A DNA stretch of 64,000 nt from a virus. Taxonomy: Duplodnaviria > Caudoviricetes. Below the pieces are notes generated by a model, which saw only the letters and a program-made list of their open reading frames with translations, was not told the origin of the DNA and made no database searches. The DNA lies in IMG/VR virus record IMGVR_UViG_3300032321_001270, positions 1-64,000 of that record. One strand, written 5' to 3'. The position numbers were made by a program, and so were the translations under genes. Below, one piece after another: positions 1 through 9,639 of this stretch. Positions within the stretch are counted from its first letter, which is position 1. Each line of letters begins with the position of its first letter.

Positions 1-521
1 CCGCTGATCTCCTCGTACTGCACAACGCCGCTAGCGACGTTAGCAACACCAGCAGTCGGCAGGACAGCGTTGAAGGCGGCAATAAACTTGCCGTCCTCTT
101 CCGCCAGCATGTCCTTGATCATGTTGTCCGACAGAACCTGACGGATGTCGATGACATACGTACGCAGCTCGTCGACGTCCTTCACAGCGCGGGGCGACAC
201 GATCCGGTCAAACATGACGCGGTAACGCGGGCCACGGATGTAGAAGTTAATCGGGAGCGTTGCGAACGGAAGCGACACGGCCGCCGGGGAATCGGGCTCT
301 TTGTCCACAACCTTGACGGGCTTGTCAGTATCAACCTGACGGTCAAGCTCGTCGTTGGTGATGGTTAGCGGCGGCATGATCCGCCGATAGAACCCGTCTT
401 CACGCATTTTGGTGCGCGTGAAGTCGTTAACTGCATCAACGGCCTGCTTCTGCATGCCGGGGGTATCAAGCTGCTCAAAAAGCGTCTCGTTGAGCAGTTG
501 GATTTCTTGCTGAGTGGGCAT
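1..521 (-). CDS. Major capsid protein, probable HK97 fold (runs off the window edge; missing from the ORF track)
   Basis: Manual translation: MPTQQEIQLLNETLFEQLDTPGMQKQAVDAVNDFTRTKMREDGFYRRIMPP...DKPVKVVDKEPDSPAAVSLPF...KDVDELRTYVIDIRQVLSDNMIKDMLAEEDGKFI. GGAGG RBS at 530-534. Last gene of a protease-scaffold-decoration series. Confidence 0.7.
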   Translation of the reverse strand, partial: MPTQQEIQLLNETLFEQLDTPGMQKQAVDAVNDFTRTKMREDGFYRRIMPPLTITNDELDRQVDTDKPVKVVDKEPDSPAAVSLPFATLPINFYIRGPRYRVMFDRIVSPRAVKDVDELRTYVIDIRQVLSDNMIKDMLAEEDGKFIAAFNAVLPTAGVANVASGVVQYEEIS

Positions 522-560
522 TTTGGGAACCTCCATGTTCCTTAGTTAGTTAGGGATAGG

Positions 561-1139
561 TCAGTCGATTGTGGCCGCAGTGCCAGCCGGCAGGTACACG
601 CACCAGAAGGAGAGTGTATCCACGCCATTGTGGTTCTTCGACGCGCCACTCGAAACAACACCGCAAACCGGGTTTACGTACTGCACGGCGTTAGCCTTCG
701 TCAGCACACCCTCAACAGCAGCGCCGCCGCTGGTGGGAGCGGTGAGAAGATCACCGGGCGAGTACGTTACCGCGCTACCGCCGGACGTCTTCACGTACTC
801 GGTAGTGGCGATTTCATAACCACCGGTCGCAACAAGACCAGACAGCTTGCCCGAGGGCGAAACAGCCTGATGCATGAAGTTACCGGCCGCTGTGGTACCC
901 GGATTGCTGACGTCAGCATCCGTCGAACCGTTCAGCAAGAAAATAGCGACACCCGTTGCCGAGAGGCCCGGAACGAATACGTCCTTGCCGCTCTCTTTGG
1001 CGAGCGTGACGACGCGACCGCGCGGGACATCATAAGCAACTGTGCTCAGCAGCTTGGCCGAGTAGTCGAGGGACGCCATATCGAACCAGCCCTTTTTGAC
1101 GTCAAGGCCGTGTTCAAACATAAGATCGGGAGCAGGCAT
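561..1139 (-). CDS. Putative head decoration/cement protein
   Basis: 192 aa, beta-rich, Gly/Thr/Val-rich, directly upstream of the capsid gene; GGAGG RBS. Confidence 0.45.
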   Translation of the reverse strand: MPAPDLMFEHGLDVKKGWFDMASLDYSAKLLSTVAYDVPRGRVVTLAKESGKDVFVPGLSATGVAIFLLNGSTDADVSNPGTTAAGNFMHQAVSPSGKLSGLVATGGYEIATTEYVKTSGGSAVTYSPGDLLTAPTSGGAAVEGVLTKANAVQYVNPVCGVVSSGASKNHNGVDTLSFWCVYLPAGTAATID

Positions 1140-1194
1140 TGTTAGACCTCCGTGTCTTTATCAATTGGAAACATGTTCCGGTAAGGGGACAAAC

Positions 1195-1620
1195 TCAGGT
1201 AGTGGGCGGGTTGAGACCAAGGCCCGTAAACAGTTTTACGTCAGAAGCCTTGAGGCGACCATCGCGGGCACCCACATACCCGCTCGTCAGACTGCTCGTC
1301 GGGTCGTAGCCGGCTGTCTTTGTAGACACCGGAGCGCCAAGGCGAGACATTTCAGCAGCGTTTTTATGCGCAGCCAATTTGATCACAAGTTCCATCGCGC
1401 GCACCGGATTTTGAAGCGCTGCAGCGAGTGCTTCCTTCTGGTGAGCTTCGATCCGCTCGTTCTCCACGCACGCCTTAACGGCTTCGGGGATCAGGTGAGC
1501 CAGCTTTTCGCTGGTTTCGACCTGCGCCTTTTCGGCGGCGGCGGCTTTGGTCATCGCGGCATCGGAGTAACCGATGTAGTCGATGATTTTCTGTACGAGC
1601 GCGTTATTTGCAGTAGACAT
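1195..1620 (-). CDS. Hypothetical head-associated protein with K-x-A motifs
   Basis: Start re-called at MSTANN (RBS GGAGG); motifs TKAAA, EKAQ, TKTAG. Confidence 0.55.
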   Translation of the reverse strand: MSTANNALVQKIIDYIGYSDAAMTKAAAAEKAQVETSEKLAHLIPEAVKACVENERIEAHQKEALAAALQNPVRAMELVIKLAAHKNAAEMSRLGAPVSTKTAGYDPTSSLTSGYVGARDGRLKASDVKLFTGLGLNPPTT

Positions 1621-1637
1621 TAAAAACCTCCGTGTAA

Positions 1638-3017
1638 TCAACGGTTTACGAGTTCAAGGACGTGCTGCTTCATCATGTCCCGCAGTTGGCGCGAACGCTT
1701 TGTGCGAGCTTCTTTGACTTGAAACTTGCCGGCACGCTTAAAGTTTACAACAGCACGACCGATAGCATCTAAATCGTTCGCGGCCGCCATCTTCGGCTCA
1801 GCACCCATAGCAGCGGGTTCAGCAGCCGGCGGGGCGCCAGCGGCTTCGGGACCACCCGCAGCACCGCCGCCGTGCGACAGCGCTTGCAGCAGCGCTTCCG
1901 GCGGAATGCCCAGTTCTTCCAGCGCCATGGCCAGCTCTTGAACAGCTTCGTCCTCAGACGGGCCGCCAGCAGCTTCCGGGCCACCAGCCGCTTCCGGGCC
2001 GCCTTCGGCGCCCATCATGGCTTCCAGTCCGGGGGGAGCAGCTTCGGTGGCGGGAGCGTCGCTTGCGCCAGAAGCGGCGTCTTCAGGCGCCGAGTGATCT
2101 TCGCCCTCAGAGGCTTCGTCGGTCGGATCGGCGCCGGCCTGTTTCGAGGTTACAAAACCGATGAACAGATCAGCCATCTCGTCGGCTTCGCGAAGCGTGT
2201 TAGCGCAAACCTCGCGGACTGAAGCTTCAGCGGCTTCTTTGTTAAGACCAAGCTGAGCAGCAAGTTCATACCCGGCCTTGAAAGCAGCAGCTTTACCCGC
2301 GCGCAGCGCAGCAAGGTCAGAACCCTCGATCTTGCCGTCGTTGTCGGTGTCGAGCTTGGACTGGTTGCCCTTTAAGCCGCCGTGTTCGGCTTTTTCGGTA
2401 GCCGGTGATTCAGATGCCTCGTGCTTGGCGGACTCACCGGCTTCATCTTTTTTTCCTTCCATCTTCTCCTTGAGGAAGGCGGGCATCTCAGCAGCCTTCT
2501 CAGCTTGAAGCTTGTCGGCACCAAAGTTGATGAGGTTGGCAAGGATATCGTTACCGAGGGCGCCAGCACGGTCGCGGGCTTCCTTGAACGTTACCGCGCT
2601 GTACTTTTCGCCGTCGTCGGCCTTGACCGGCGACGAAGTGCCCGGGTCATCCTTGTCGCCCTTAAAATCTTTTTCGCTGGAGGGGTCTTCGCCCGTCGCC
2701 TTGGCCGACACACCGATGTTGGTTTGAACATCGTCCTGACGACCTTCTTGCGACATCTCCGGTGTGTTGTCTACAGCGAGAGCGCCCTGCTGCTTCTTGA
2801 TGTCCGACTCATACTCGCTGGCGCGGGCGCCGGTTTGAGCGTTCTGAACGCCGTTATCAGCGCTCGTGGTCGGGTGCGAAGAAGCGCCTTGATATCCACC
2901 CGGATCCGAAGGCACGGGGGCGGCAGACTTTTCAGCGGCAGTTTTTACGGGGCTCTGCGCGATCTCTTCGGCAAGAGCGTTAAGTTGAGCAAACAGTGAA
3001 CGTTGCATCCGTGCCAT
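1638..3017 (-). CDS. Putative scaffold/prohead core protein (acidic, low complexity, EF-hand-like DTDNDGKIEGSD loop)
   Basis: 459 aa, Ala/Glu/Gly-rich, many K-x-A sites; lies between protease-like and capsid genes. Confidence 0.5.
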   Translation of the reverse strand: MARMQRSLFAQLNALAEEIAQSPVKTAAEKSAAPVPSDPGGYQGASSHPTTSADNGVQNAQTGARASEYESDIKKQQGALAVDNTPEMSQEGRQDDVQTNIGVSAKATGEDPSSEKDFKGDKDDPGTSSPVKADDGEKYSAVTFKEARDRAGALGNDILANLINFGADKLQAEKAAEMPAFLKEKMEGKKDEAGESAKHEASESPATEKAEHGGLKGNQSKLDTDNDGKIEGSDLAALRAGKAAAFKAGYELAAQLGLNKEAAEASVREVCANTLREADEMADLFIGFVTSKQAGADPTDEASEGEDHSAPEDAASGASDAPATEAAPPGLEAMMGAEGGPEAAGGPEAAGGPSEDEAVQELAMALEELGIPPEALLQALSHGGGAAGGPEAAGAPPAAEPAAMGAEPKMAAANDLDAIGRAVVNFKRAGKFQVKEARTKRSRQLRDMMKQHVLELVNR

Positions 3018-3060
3018 GACTTTCTCCTTTGGGTTCTAATCGTTGCCGATTAGCTTCCGT

Positions 3061-4521
3061 TCATGTGACATAATTTTGCAATACACAGTGGTTGGCTGTC
3101 AACCAATTGTTTCCATATTTCTCGCAAATCGTGGCGAAGGCAGCAATCTTATACAACGCGTAATGTTGCGCAAGAGCTGTTTCGGCTTTTCCACTCGCTT
3201 GTTTGTTACACGGAAACTCATCAGCCCGAACATCGCGAAGAACCGCTAAGTAAGCGCGCTTCTCTACGTTGTTGGGTAATACGCTATGTGTGTGTGCTAC
3301 TTTTTCCGCCCACACGCGCACGCTTGTTGGTGCAGCATCGGCGGGGTAGTACACGTTGTTCTCAAGCAACGAAACAACATCAACGTCGTTTGCTACTTTT
3401 GAAAATACATTAGGCAGTGCGTAAATCACTGCACTAATAAGTCTCGCGTCGGCTGACTTAACTGTCAACGCCAAAAAATCTCGCACAGGCAAGATTACTC
3501 CGGCGTCGGCCAGCCCTCGCAACACTTCAGACATTTTAACAGATGGGCAGCTATTTACATCAAGAGCCTGTTGCACAGCAGAGTGGCTGGCCAGAGCGGT
3601 CTGCGCCCAACTGCCACTTTCAGCCGCGGACTTCTCGGCCTGCGATAGTTGCGTTAACGCTTCTAACTGAAGTTGCATTCGCTTGCTGGGGATACCGCCG
3701 ACGTCAAATCCAATAGGGGCTGTAATACCCAGTTGTTCAGCTAATTCAACGCCCGATAGGCATGTGCCGCTGGAAGCTACTTTCTGTAGTTGCCCAGAAA
3801 CGTAAGCAATACGGTCAGCCGGGCGGAATACATGGCTGATATCAAAAAAGCTGGGATTCGGGTTGTCGGCGTGCAGTACATGACCGTCAGCCATTACCCG
3901 GCCAATGTTGTGCTTTAATCCGCCAGCCTTGCAGTGGCCGCCGTTTTCAACAGAGTCACAGTACTCAGCCCTTGTTTTGGCTGTATTGCCGCATGACGAG
4001 CACTTGTCGAACGGAATCTTGCAGGCCATCGACACGGCGATTTCTTTATCGTCAGCGAGCTTTTCTAGTTCCTTGTCGGCCACCAGACCACCATTGCGGT
4101 CGGCAGCCTCTTTCGATCCGTTGAGCGCCACCACCAGCTCAATTCGGCGCATTGGTTCGTGGTAGGCGCTGGCTTTTACGATGCCGAATGATTTAGCGGG
4201 GTTTTTATTTGCGTGGTCGCGATAAAACCGGGCGTATTTCTCAAACGTGTGGTGATAATTTCTGCAGCAATCCCGAGTAAAGCCGTCACCGTTGCGATTT
4301 GGGCCGTAGTCTTCGGTGGCGCCGATTGCAATCATGTGAACCGGAACTTCGTCCTTGGCAAACTTGATATTTTCAAGTTTGTGCGCAAATTCTGCACCTG
4401 CACGTTTAACAAGCTCTTGTTTGTCGGTACCGATAATCCCGCGGCTGGAAATCTTGATCAGCGCGGCGACCGGCTCACTAAAGTCTTGGGCGTGCGGCTG
4501 AATTACTTTGATCATGCTCAT
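3061..4521 (-). CDS. Putative prohead (capsid maturation) protease with Cys cluster
   Basis: NGDGF, FYRDH and AVSMACKIPFDKCSSCG motifs resemble phage prohead proteases; position upstream of scaffold/capsid; start re-called at MSMIKV. Confidence 0.6.
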   Translation of the reverse strand: MSMIKVIQPHAQDFSEPVAALIKISSRGIIGTDKQELVKRAGAEFAHKLENIKFAKDEVPVHMIAIGATEDYGPNRNGDGFTRDCCRNYHHTFEKYARFYRDHANKNPAKSFGIVKASAYHEPMRRIELVVALNGSKEAADRNGGLVADKELEKLADDKEIAVSMACKIPFDKCSSCGNTAKTRAEYCDSVENGGHCKAGGLKHNIGRVMADGHVLHADNPNPSFFDISHVFRPADRIAYVSGQLQKVASSGTCLSGVELAEQLGITAPIGFDVGGIPSKRMQLQLEALTQLSQAEKSAAESGSWAQTALASHSAVQQALDVNSCPSVKMSEVLRGLADAGVILPVRDFLALTVKSADARLISAVIYALPNVFSKVANDVDVVSLLENNVYYPADAAPTSVRVWAEKVAHTHSVLPNNVEKRAYLAVLRDVRADEFPCNKQASGKAETALAQHYALYKIAAFATICEKYGNNWLTANHCVLQNYVT

Positions 4522-4523
4522 AG

Positions 4524-5504
4524 TTATTCTCCTGCGGATGAACCGCCGCCAAAGCTGTTTAAGAGCGCCGGAAGTGCAAGAGCGCCGGCAACCGGCAGCC
4601 CGACACCGGCCCACCGACCACCGACTCGCGGCAGCTTACGGAAAGCCTGTCGAAGTTGGGGACCTGTTAATCGTCGGCCTGCGGCTCCGACTCCAGAAGC
4701 AGGCTCAGAGGCGATAGCCGACAGGACGTCAGCAGCCTCGTCAGAATTTCGACCCAGAATGCCGCCGAGGAAGTTACCACGGGCGGCTTGTTCGCCGACA
4801 TGGACCCGGCCGCCTACACTTGCCGGCGTTTTCATTCCGGCGGCTTCGAGTGGCATGCTAACGTCGCGGGGCATGTGTTCAGAGCCGCGCAGTACACCGA
4901 GCATTTGACCCATTACAGAAGGGTCAGACGCGTCGGCGGTATTGCGAACATGCTGTGACAGGTTTTTTGTTATCTTTGACGGCCCGTTGTTCGCGCGCAG
5001 TTGATCGATAGTTGGCTTCAGCTGTTTTGCCAGCGGATCGCCAGACTCAAGAAACCGGTCAAGTTTGCCGTAGGCGTCAAGTGAGTTCGCAACCTGTCGG
5101 CCGCCATAACCGCCAACACCGGCTGCGCCAAGATTAAACAACGCATTACCGGTGTTGCCGTCATGTTTCGCGGCAGCAATTGCCGGCGGCGGTGTCGCTG
5201 GCGTTAGCAAGAAGTTCTTCGCGGCTGTGGCGCCTAAGCCGCCAAGCCCACCCATGAGCGCATAATCAAGTGCGGCGCGACGTTTCTTTTTTCCTTGCAG
5301 CAAGCCAATAAGACCGCCAGCACCAGCGCCAAGCGCCGCGTTCTGCAGATACGGATTACTTAAAGCCTGCTGCAGATCGATTGCGGCCGTTTTGGGTTGC
5401 AGGCTAGCTGTAACCGCAGCAACTTTTTCAGTTGCCGGGTCTTCACGCCGAGCCGCGATAGCAGAAAGTCCGCGGGCAATTTCTTGTGCGTCTACAGTGT
5501 TCAT
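4524..5504 (-). CDS. Gly-rich virion-associated protein with hydrophobic GxxxG segments
   Basis: EKVAA and KTAA followed by AALGAGAGGLIGLL; hydrophobic C-terminus. Confidence 0.5.
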   Translation of the reverse strand: MNTVDAQEIARGLSAIAARREDPATEKVAAVTASLQPKTAAIDLQQALSNPYLQNAALGAGAGGLIGLLQGKKKRRAALDYALMGGLGGLGATAAKNFLLTPATPPPAIAAAKHDGNTGNALFNLGAAGVGGYGGRQVANSLDAYGKLDRFLESGDPLAKQLKPTIDQLRANNGPSKITKNLSQHVRNTADASDPSVMGQMLGVLRGSEHMPRDVSMPLEAAGMKTPASVGGRVHVGEQAARGNFLGGILGRNSDEAADVLSAIASEPASGVGAAGRRLTGPQLRQAFRKLPRVGGRWAGVGLPVAGALALPALLNSFGGGSSAGE

Positions 5505-5507
5505 GAT

Positions 5508-6887
5508 TTATAGCAACTCTCGTGCTTTGGTTTGAGCTTCAATGTTGCTCTTCAAACTCTCGGCGCGCAACTTTTCCATCTCAATCAGCTGCTTCACATC
5601 AAAGTCTGCGAGTTGGCCAGCTTCTAAACGTTTACGGAGCATGGCCTGCATGGCTGCGCCCGAACCAGTAAAATTTGGCGCAATTTCGGCAATCTGGTTG
5701 TAGGCCGAAGCGATCTCGTGGGGGTCGTAACCAGAAATAACCGGGTCGTTCAGGATAAGGTCGTTTAAAACTCCGCGCGACTTGATCTGCTGTAGCTTGT
5801 TTTCGTGGTCCGCATCCGACATGTTTAAGAACGCTTTACGTTTTTGACTTTGCGGATCTGTGGCCTTATCTTCCTGCGCACCCAACTCTGAGGCTAAACC
5901 GCCCGGGCTCATGATCTTGCCAAGATTCCCCATGGTTCCGCTATATGATGTCATCGGCGGGGCGCTGTTTGGTTTTTTTTTAACTACTTCCGCCACTTTG
6001 AGCGCTAACGGAGCTGTTCTGGGGTCGTGGAGGATGGAGCCAGTAACAACAGCCGGCGCCTCTTTTTTCACAGGCACAGACGATGTTTTTTGCGTGGCAA
6101 CCTTGTTTTGTGCGTTGTTATACAGGTCTACGGCGCTGATGACTTTTTCTACCAACGTTACAACCGGCAGGTTACCAAAGTAGTTCTCTTTGGTAGCCGC
6201 TTGTTTTTCAACGTACGGATAGACGGCCGCAACCTTCTTCAATACCGACACGCCCGTATCGCCTAACCGCAGGCCGACTTCGCGCACGGCGTCATTAAAC
6301 GACATGTTGCCCGGGACACGAAAATACTGGCACAGTTCTTCCATCTGGGCGGCAGCCTTCGTGTGCGCCGTGGTGGCCTGTCGGCGCAGTTCTTCAGCTG
6401 CGCGCTTTTCCGCCTGCAACTGGCTGTACATGCGTCGGGCGGCGGAGTGCTCATCACGCGGAGCCGGCGTAAACGTTTTCTCGGGTAACACAGCCCGGGC
6501 GGCGGCTGCCTTCTCAAGCTGCGTGTTATGACGCAAAATGAAACCCTTGGGCGATACGGCATATTCAGTAGAGATAACAGAGTTCCGCACAATCTCGGCC
6601 GATGTCTTTACCTGCGACGGATACAGCGCTGCCATAACAGCCTCTGCGTCCGCTAGTTTAAAATCTGCAGCCTTTTCAAGCGTGTCGTTGCCGTGCTCGC
6701 GTTGCTTGTTCGTGCGGCCGGTGTTGTAGGCGTGCACCATAAGATTGATGTGCCCGGCCGGAATGCTCGCTTCCGATGCGCTTTTAATAATGGCGGCATT
6801 CGGGTCAGCGCCCTCGTTTACAAGAGTCGCCGCACGCTCGATAGCGCCGATCAGTTTTTGCTCAGCTTCTTTACTTAGTGCCCGCAT
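5508..6887 (-). CDS. Hypothetical virion-associated protein with K-x-A motifs
   Basis: Helical; EKAA, KTSA, EKQAA; start re-called at MRALSK with GGAG RBS. Confidence 0.55.
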   Translation of the reverse strand: MRALSKEAEQKLIGAIERAATLVNEGADPNAAIIKSASEASIPAGHINLMVHAYNTGRTNKQREHGNDTLEKAADFKLADAEAVMAALYPSQVKTSAEIVRNSVISTEYAVSPKGFILRHNTQLEKAAAARAVLPEKTFTPAPRDEHSAARRMYSQLQAEKRAAEELRRQATTAHTKAAAQMEELCQYFRVPGNMSFNDAVREVGLRLGDTGVSVLKKVAAVYPYVEKQAATKENYFGNLPVVTLVEKVISAVDLYNNAQNKVATQKTSSVPVKKEAPAVVTGSILHDPRTAPLALKVAEVVKKKPNSAPPMTSYSGTMGNLGKIMSPGGLASELGAQEDKATDPQSQKRKAFLNMSDADHENKLQQIKSRGVLNDLILNDPVISGYDPHEIASAYNQIAEIAPNFTGSGAAMQAMLRKRLEAGQLADFDVKQLIEMEKLRAESLKSNIEAQTKARELL

Positions 6888-7818
6888 CGGTTTTCTCCGG
6901 GAAGTGCAGTTCTTGGATCGAGGCTGTATTCTGCAAAGAACCGCCAGCCGCAATAACCATCATTTCGTCGTTACGTAATTCTGCTGGCCCGTCATCAAAG
7001 GGTAACATTTTTATAGCTACCGAATCCAGTTTCGTCCCCACTTTAAACGGCAAGGACGACAGCATAGCCCCGATATTCTCGACGATAGTGGCGTGTGATT
7101 TAGAGGCGTTATCGCTGTTTTTCTCGATCTCTACATATTTTACAAAAGAATCGATCAGCGGTAACTGGGTATGAGTATTTACATTAATGCTGAGACTGGC
7201 AATGGCCGCTTTGTACTTCATGCAACTCACGGCCATGTCTTGGAAAAAGCCGGAGACGCCATCAGTACCATCCGGCCGAGCAATATCTGCGAACTTTTGG
7301 ATCACAGCGTTTAAAACGTGTGGCCCGCCCTTATACCCGAGCAGTTTCCACAAAAGGTCATAATGACGTTCCTGTAGCCCGCGGGTAACTGCGTCAGACA
7401 GCACAACGTTTATGATGTAATCCGGGTGTCTCAGTTTTTCCCGGACGTCAAAAAACGTGTTTGCGTACGCGCCCACAATTTCAGGGTTTGTGCCAAGTTT
7501 TTCGGCAATTTCGTCGTCTGACTCGCCCGCCAAGATGCGCGCTTCGATACCCCAACGTGTCGGCGCTTTTTCGTCCGACCAGATCGAATGCGCCCAAAAT
7601 AGGTCTCGGTCCCGCTGCAACATTGCGTACATCGCTTCGGGTCGACTGTTCGCGCGTTCAAAATGCCGCTTCAGTCGCACCGCTTTACGAATCCACGTAA
7701 ACCCGTCCGGCCCGTCAATTGCGCGGGACGCACGAAAACCGCCGCCGTCAATTTGTACAGCGCGCAACCAACGCCAGTGCGGAGCACGACGCGGATTGTC
7801 CCGCAGAGCGTTAAGCAT
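6871..7818 (-). CDS. Hypothetical protein
   Basis: Long ORF overlapping both neighbours; start re-called at MLNALR. Confidence 0.55.
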   Translation of the reverse strand: MLNALRDNPRRAPHWRWLRAVQIDGGGFRASRAIDGPDGFTWIRKAVRLKRHFERANSRPEAMYAMLQRDRDLFWAHSIWSDEKAPTRWGIEARILAGESDDEIAEKLGTNPEIVGAYANTFFDVREKLRHPDYIINVVLSDAVTRGLQERHYDLLWKLLGYKGGPHVLNAVIQKFADIARPDGTDGVSGFFQDMAVSCMKYKAAIASLSINVNTHTQLPLIDSFVKYVEIEKNSDNASKSHATIVENIGAMLSSLPFKVGTKLDSVAIKMLPFDDGPAELRNDEMMVIAAGGSLQNTASIQELHFPEKTDAGTK

Positions 7819-8872
7819 TTTGATCAACAAACCCGAAACAGACTGTGCAGTAATTTTCACTGACGGTGTAGTTAAACGTCACACTACTCATTGCGCCGTC
7901 GATGCGAATGATGTTGAAACCTTCTTCGCCGATAAATTGCGTGTACTGGAACTCCGGCCCTGTACCTACTGGATTTTGATATGTTGTTTCTCCGCCTGAC
8001 GCCCAAATCGGCGTAAACGGTTTTGGCGCGCCATTTTCGTCGAGCACAATTACCGTAACTGGCGTTCCGGCTTGACCAACACTCGCGAACGCGACTAGTG
8101 CGTCTGTGACAGGCGAACTAAACACCGCCGTAAACACACCGGCCTGTGTGTTTTTAACTTGCGTGCCAGTCGCTGGCACGCCATATTCTGCCGGGAAATT
8201 TGAAGCCGCGTACATGCCGGGGTGCGGCTCCATACCGCCGCCGGTCTGGGTAATCGCGACTGTGATGTTGTTCTGCCCAATTCCAGACGCCGTGGTGGCA
8301 TCTACGCTAAGCATTCTCATCCACTTGAAACCAGAGTCGCCAGTGCAAGAAAAGTCATCGCAAGTTGCTAACGGGTTGTAATTGTCGGCGGCTGGATTCA
8401 TGCAGCCATAGACGCACGGAATACATGACCCGTCGTCGCACGTTGCGTTGGGGTTGTAGTTAGTGGCCGTGTTATCCATGCAGCCATTAACACACGGCGG
8501 GCAAACCTGCTCAGCCGTAAATGGCGCAGGCCAAGTTACCAACCACGGCCGGGTCGCATAACTGTATGCCCGCGCAAGTTCTCCGTACGTCGCGTTTGTA
8601 TAAAGCCATACGCCCGTCTCATAGCGAACAACTTCATCGCCGTATTTATAAGTTTCTCGCCCCCACGGCGCGTATCCAATAGGAGAAAGAGTGCGCTCGC
8701 CCGCGACCCAGCCAGTCATTTTGACCGGAGCAGTTGACTCGTCGCAACACGAGTCGCCGCGGCAAAACACCAAAATATCGCCTACAAACACACGTTCAAC
8801 GTCGTCATCGCCTATTTTGATAGACGTGATATTAGCGCTGCCTATGTATGTATCGCTGTCTACTCTTGGCAT
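7811..8872 (-). CDS. Putative fibre/surface protein with two GCxD/N-xxA-xNYN-xxAT-CDD-SC repeats
   Basis: GCMDNTATNYNPNATCDDGSC followed by GCMNPAADNYNPLATCDDFSC; beta-rich C-terminal domain. Confidence 0.5.
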   Translation of the reverse strand: MPRVDSDTYIGSANITSIKIGDDDVERVFVGDILVFCRGDSCCDESTAPVKMTGWVAGERTLSPIGYAPWGRETYKYGDEVVRYETGVWLYTNATYGELARAYSYATRPWLVTWPAPFTAEQVCPPCVNGCMDNTATNYNPNATCDDGSCIPCVYGCMNPAADNYNPLATCDDFSCTGDSGFKWMRMLSVDATTASGIGQNNITVAITQTGGGMEPHPGMYAASNFPAEYGVPATGTQVKNTQAGVFTAVFSSPVTDALVAFASVGQAGTPVTVIVLDENGAPKPFTPIWASGGETTYQNPVGTGPEFQYTQFIGEEGFNIIRIDGAMSSVTFNYTVSENYCTVCFGFVDQNA

Positions 8873-8877
8873 AGCGA

Positions 8878-9195
8878 TTACCCGGAAACAATGTAGTACA
8901 CAGTTGCCGGGTCTTTAGTCTGCAGCGCGTTATAACCGGTTTGCGTAATTTTGACGATGTTTGTAATTACCGTTGCGCCCTGAATTTCGGCGACGTCGCT
9001 CTCTACGTGATTGTTATCCGCGCCGCCAATCTGCACAGCCGTTGTGTCTTCAAGCCCGGCATACAGTTTGTTTGCGTTTTCGTCGTACAGTATCTCGCCG
9101 GGCTGCACGTTGATCGGCGTCGGGTCTAACTCGCTAACAACGTCTCGGCGTCGATGCGGGAAATGCAGCGCGCGAAATACACGTGTGTCAGGCAT
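8878..9195 (-). CDS. Small tail-fibre-like module protein
   Basis: PGEILYDENANKLYAG (Mtd N-terminal-like) and TQTGYNALQTKDPATVYYI (common phage fibre repeat). Confidence 0.45.
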   Translation of the reverse strand: MPDTRVFRALHFPHRRRDVVSELDPTPINVQPGEILYDENANKLYAGLEDTTAVQIGGADNNHVESDVAEIQGATVITNIVKITQTGYNALQTKDPATVYYIVSG

Positions 9196-9210
9196 AGTAG
9201 CACTCCTTAC

Positions 9211-9630
9211 TTAGCGCAGCATTGGGGTTTCAACGGTAACGGTCAGCACGAAATCCTTAGAGCCGGAACCGTTCGGTTTGATCCACAGATATAAGAACCG
9301 CTGCGGATTTGACGGAGAACCGTCGCGGTTCAGATATGCCACGTTAATGTTGCTGTTTTCAGCAATCGCCACGACGTGCGGGTCAGATACAACATCGGCA
9401 AAATCGGCAAGGCTGAGAACATGAAACGCCTCGGCCGGCAGCGATGCGTTCGGTTCTGTCTCCTGATTACTTGAATACAGGTCGGCCTCAAACTTGTTGT
9501 TGCCGCCACTTGTTTGCACAAGTGCATAACCGCGCAGGATACCGCGATGCGGCATCTTTACCGGTACGATTGTTTCACTGCCGCTGGTAGCTGTGAATGT
9601 AGTTGTGCCCGACCAAATCGTGCTAGCCAT
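9211..9630 (-). CDS. Hypothetical beta-rich structural protein
   Basis: 139-aa ORF with RBS, within the operon. Confidence 0.5.
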   Translation of the reverse strand: MASTIWSGTTTFTATSGSETIVPVKMPHRGILRGYALVQTSGGNNKFEADLYSSNQETEPNASLPAEAFHVLSLADFADVVSDPHVVAIAENSNINVAYLNRDGSPSNPQRFLYLWIKPNGSGSKDFVLTVTVETPMLR

Positions 9631-9639
9631 ATGTCACCT

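Noticed and set aside
3073-3102. sigma70 promoter for the scaffold/capsid operon
   Set aside because: TTGACA is perfect but the -10 (CAAAAT at 18 nt) is weak; not enough support
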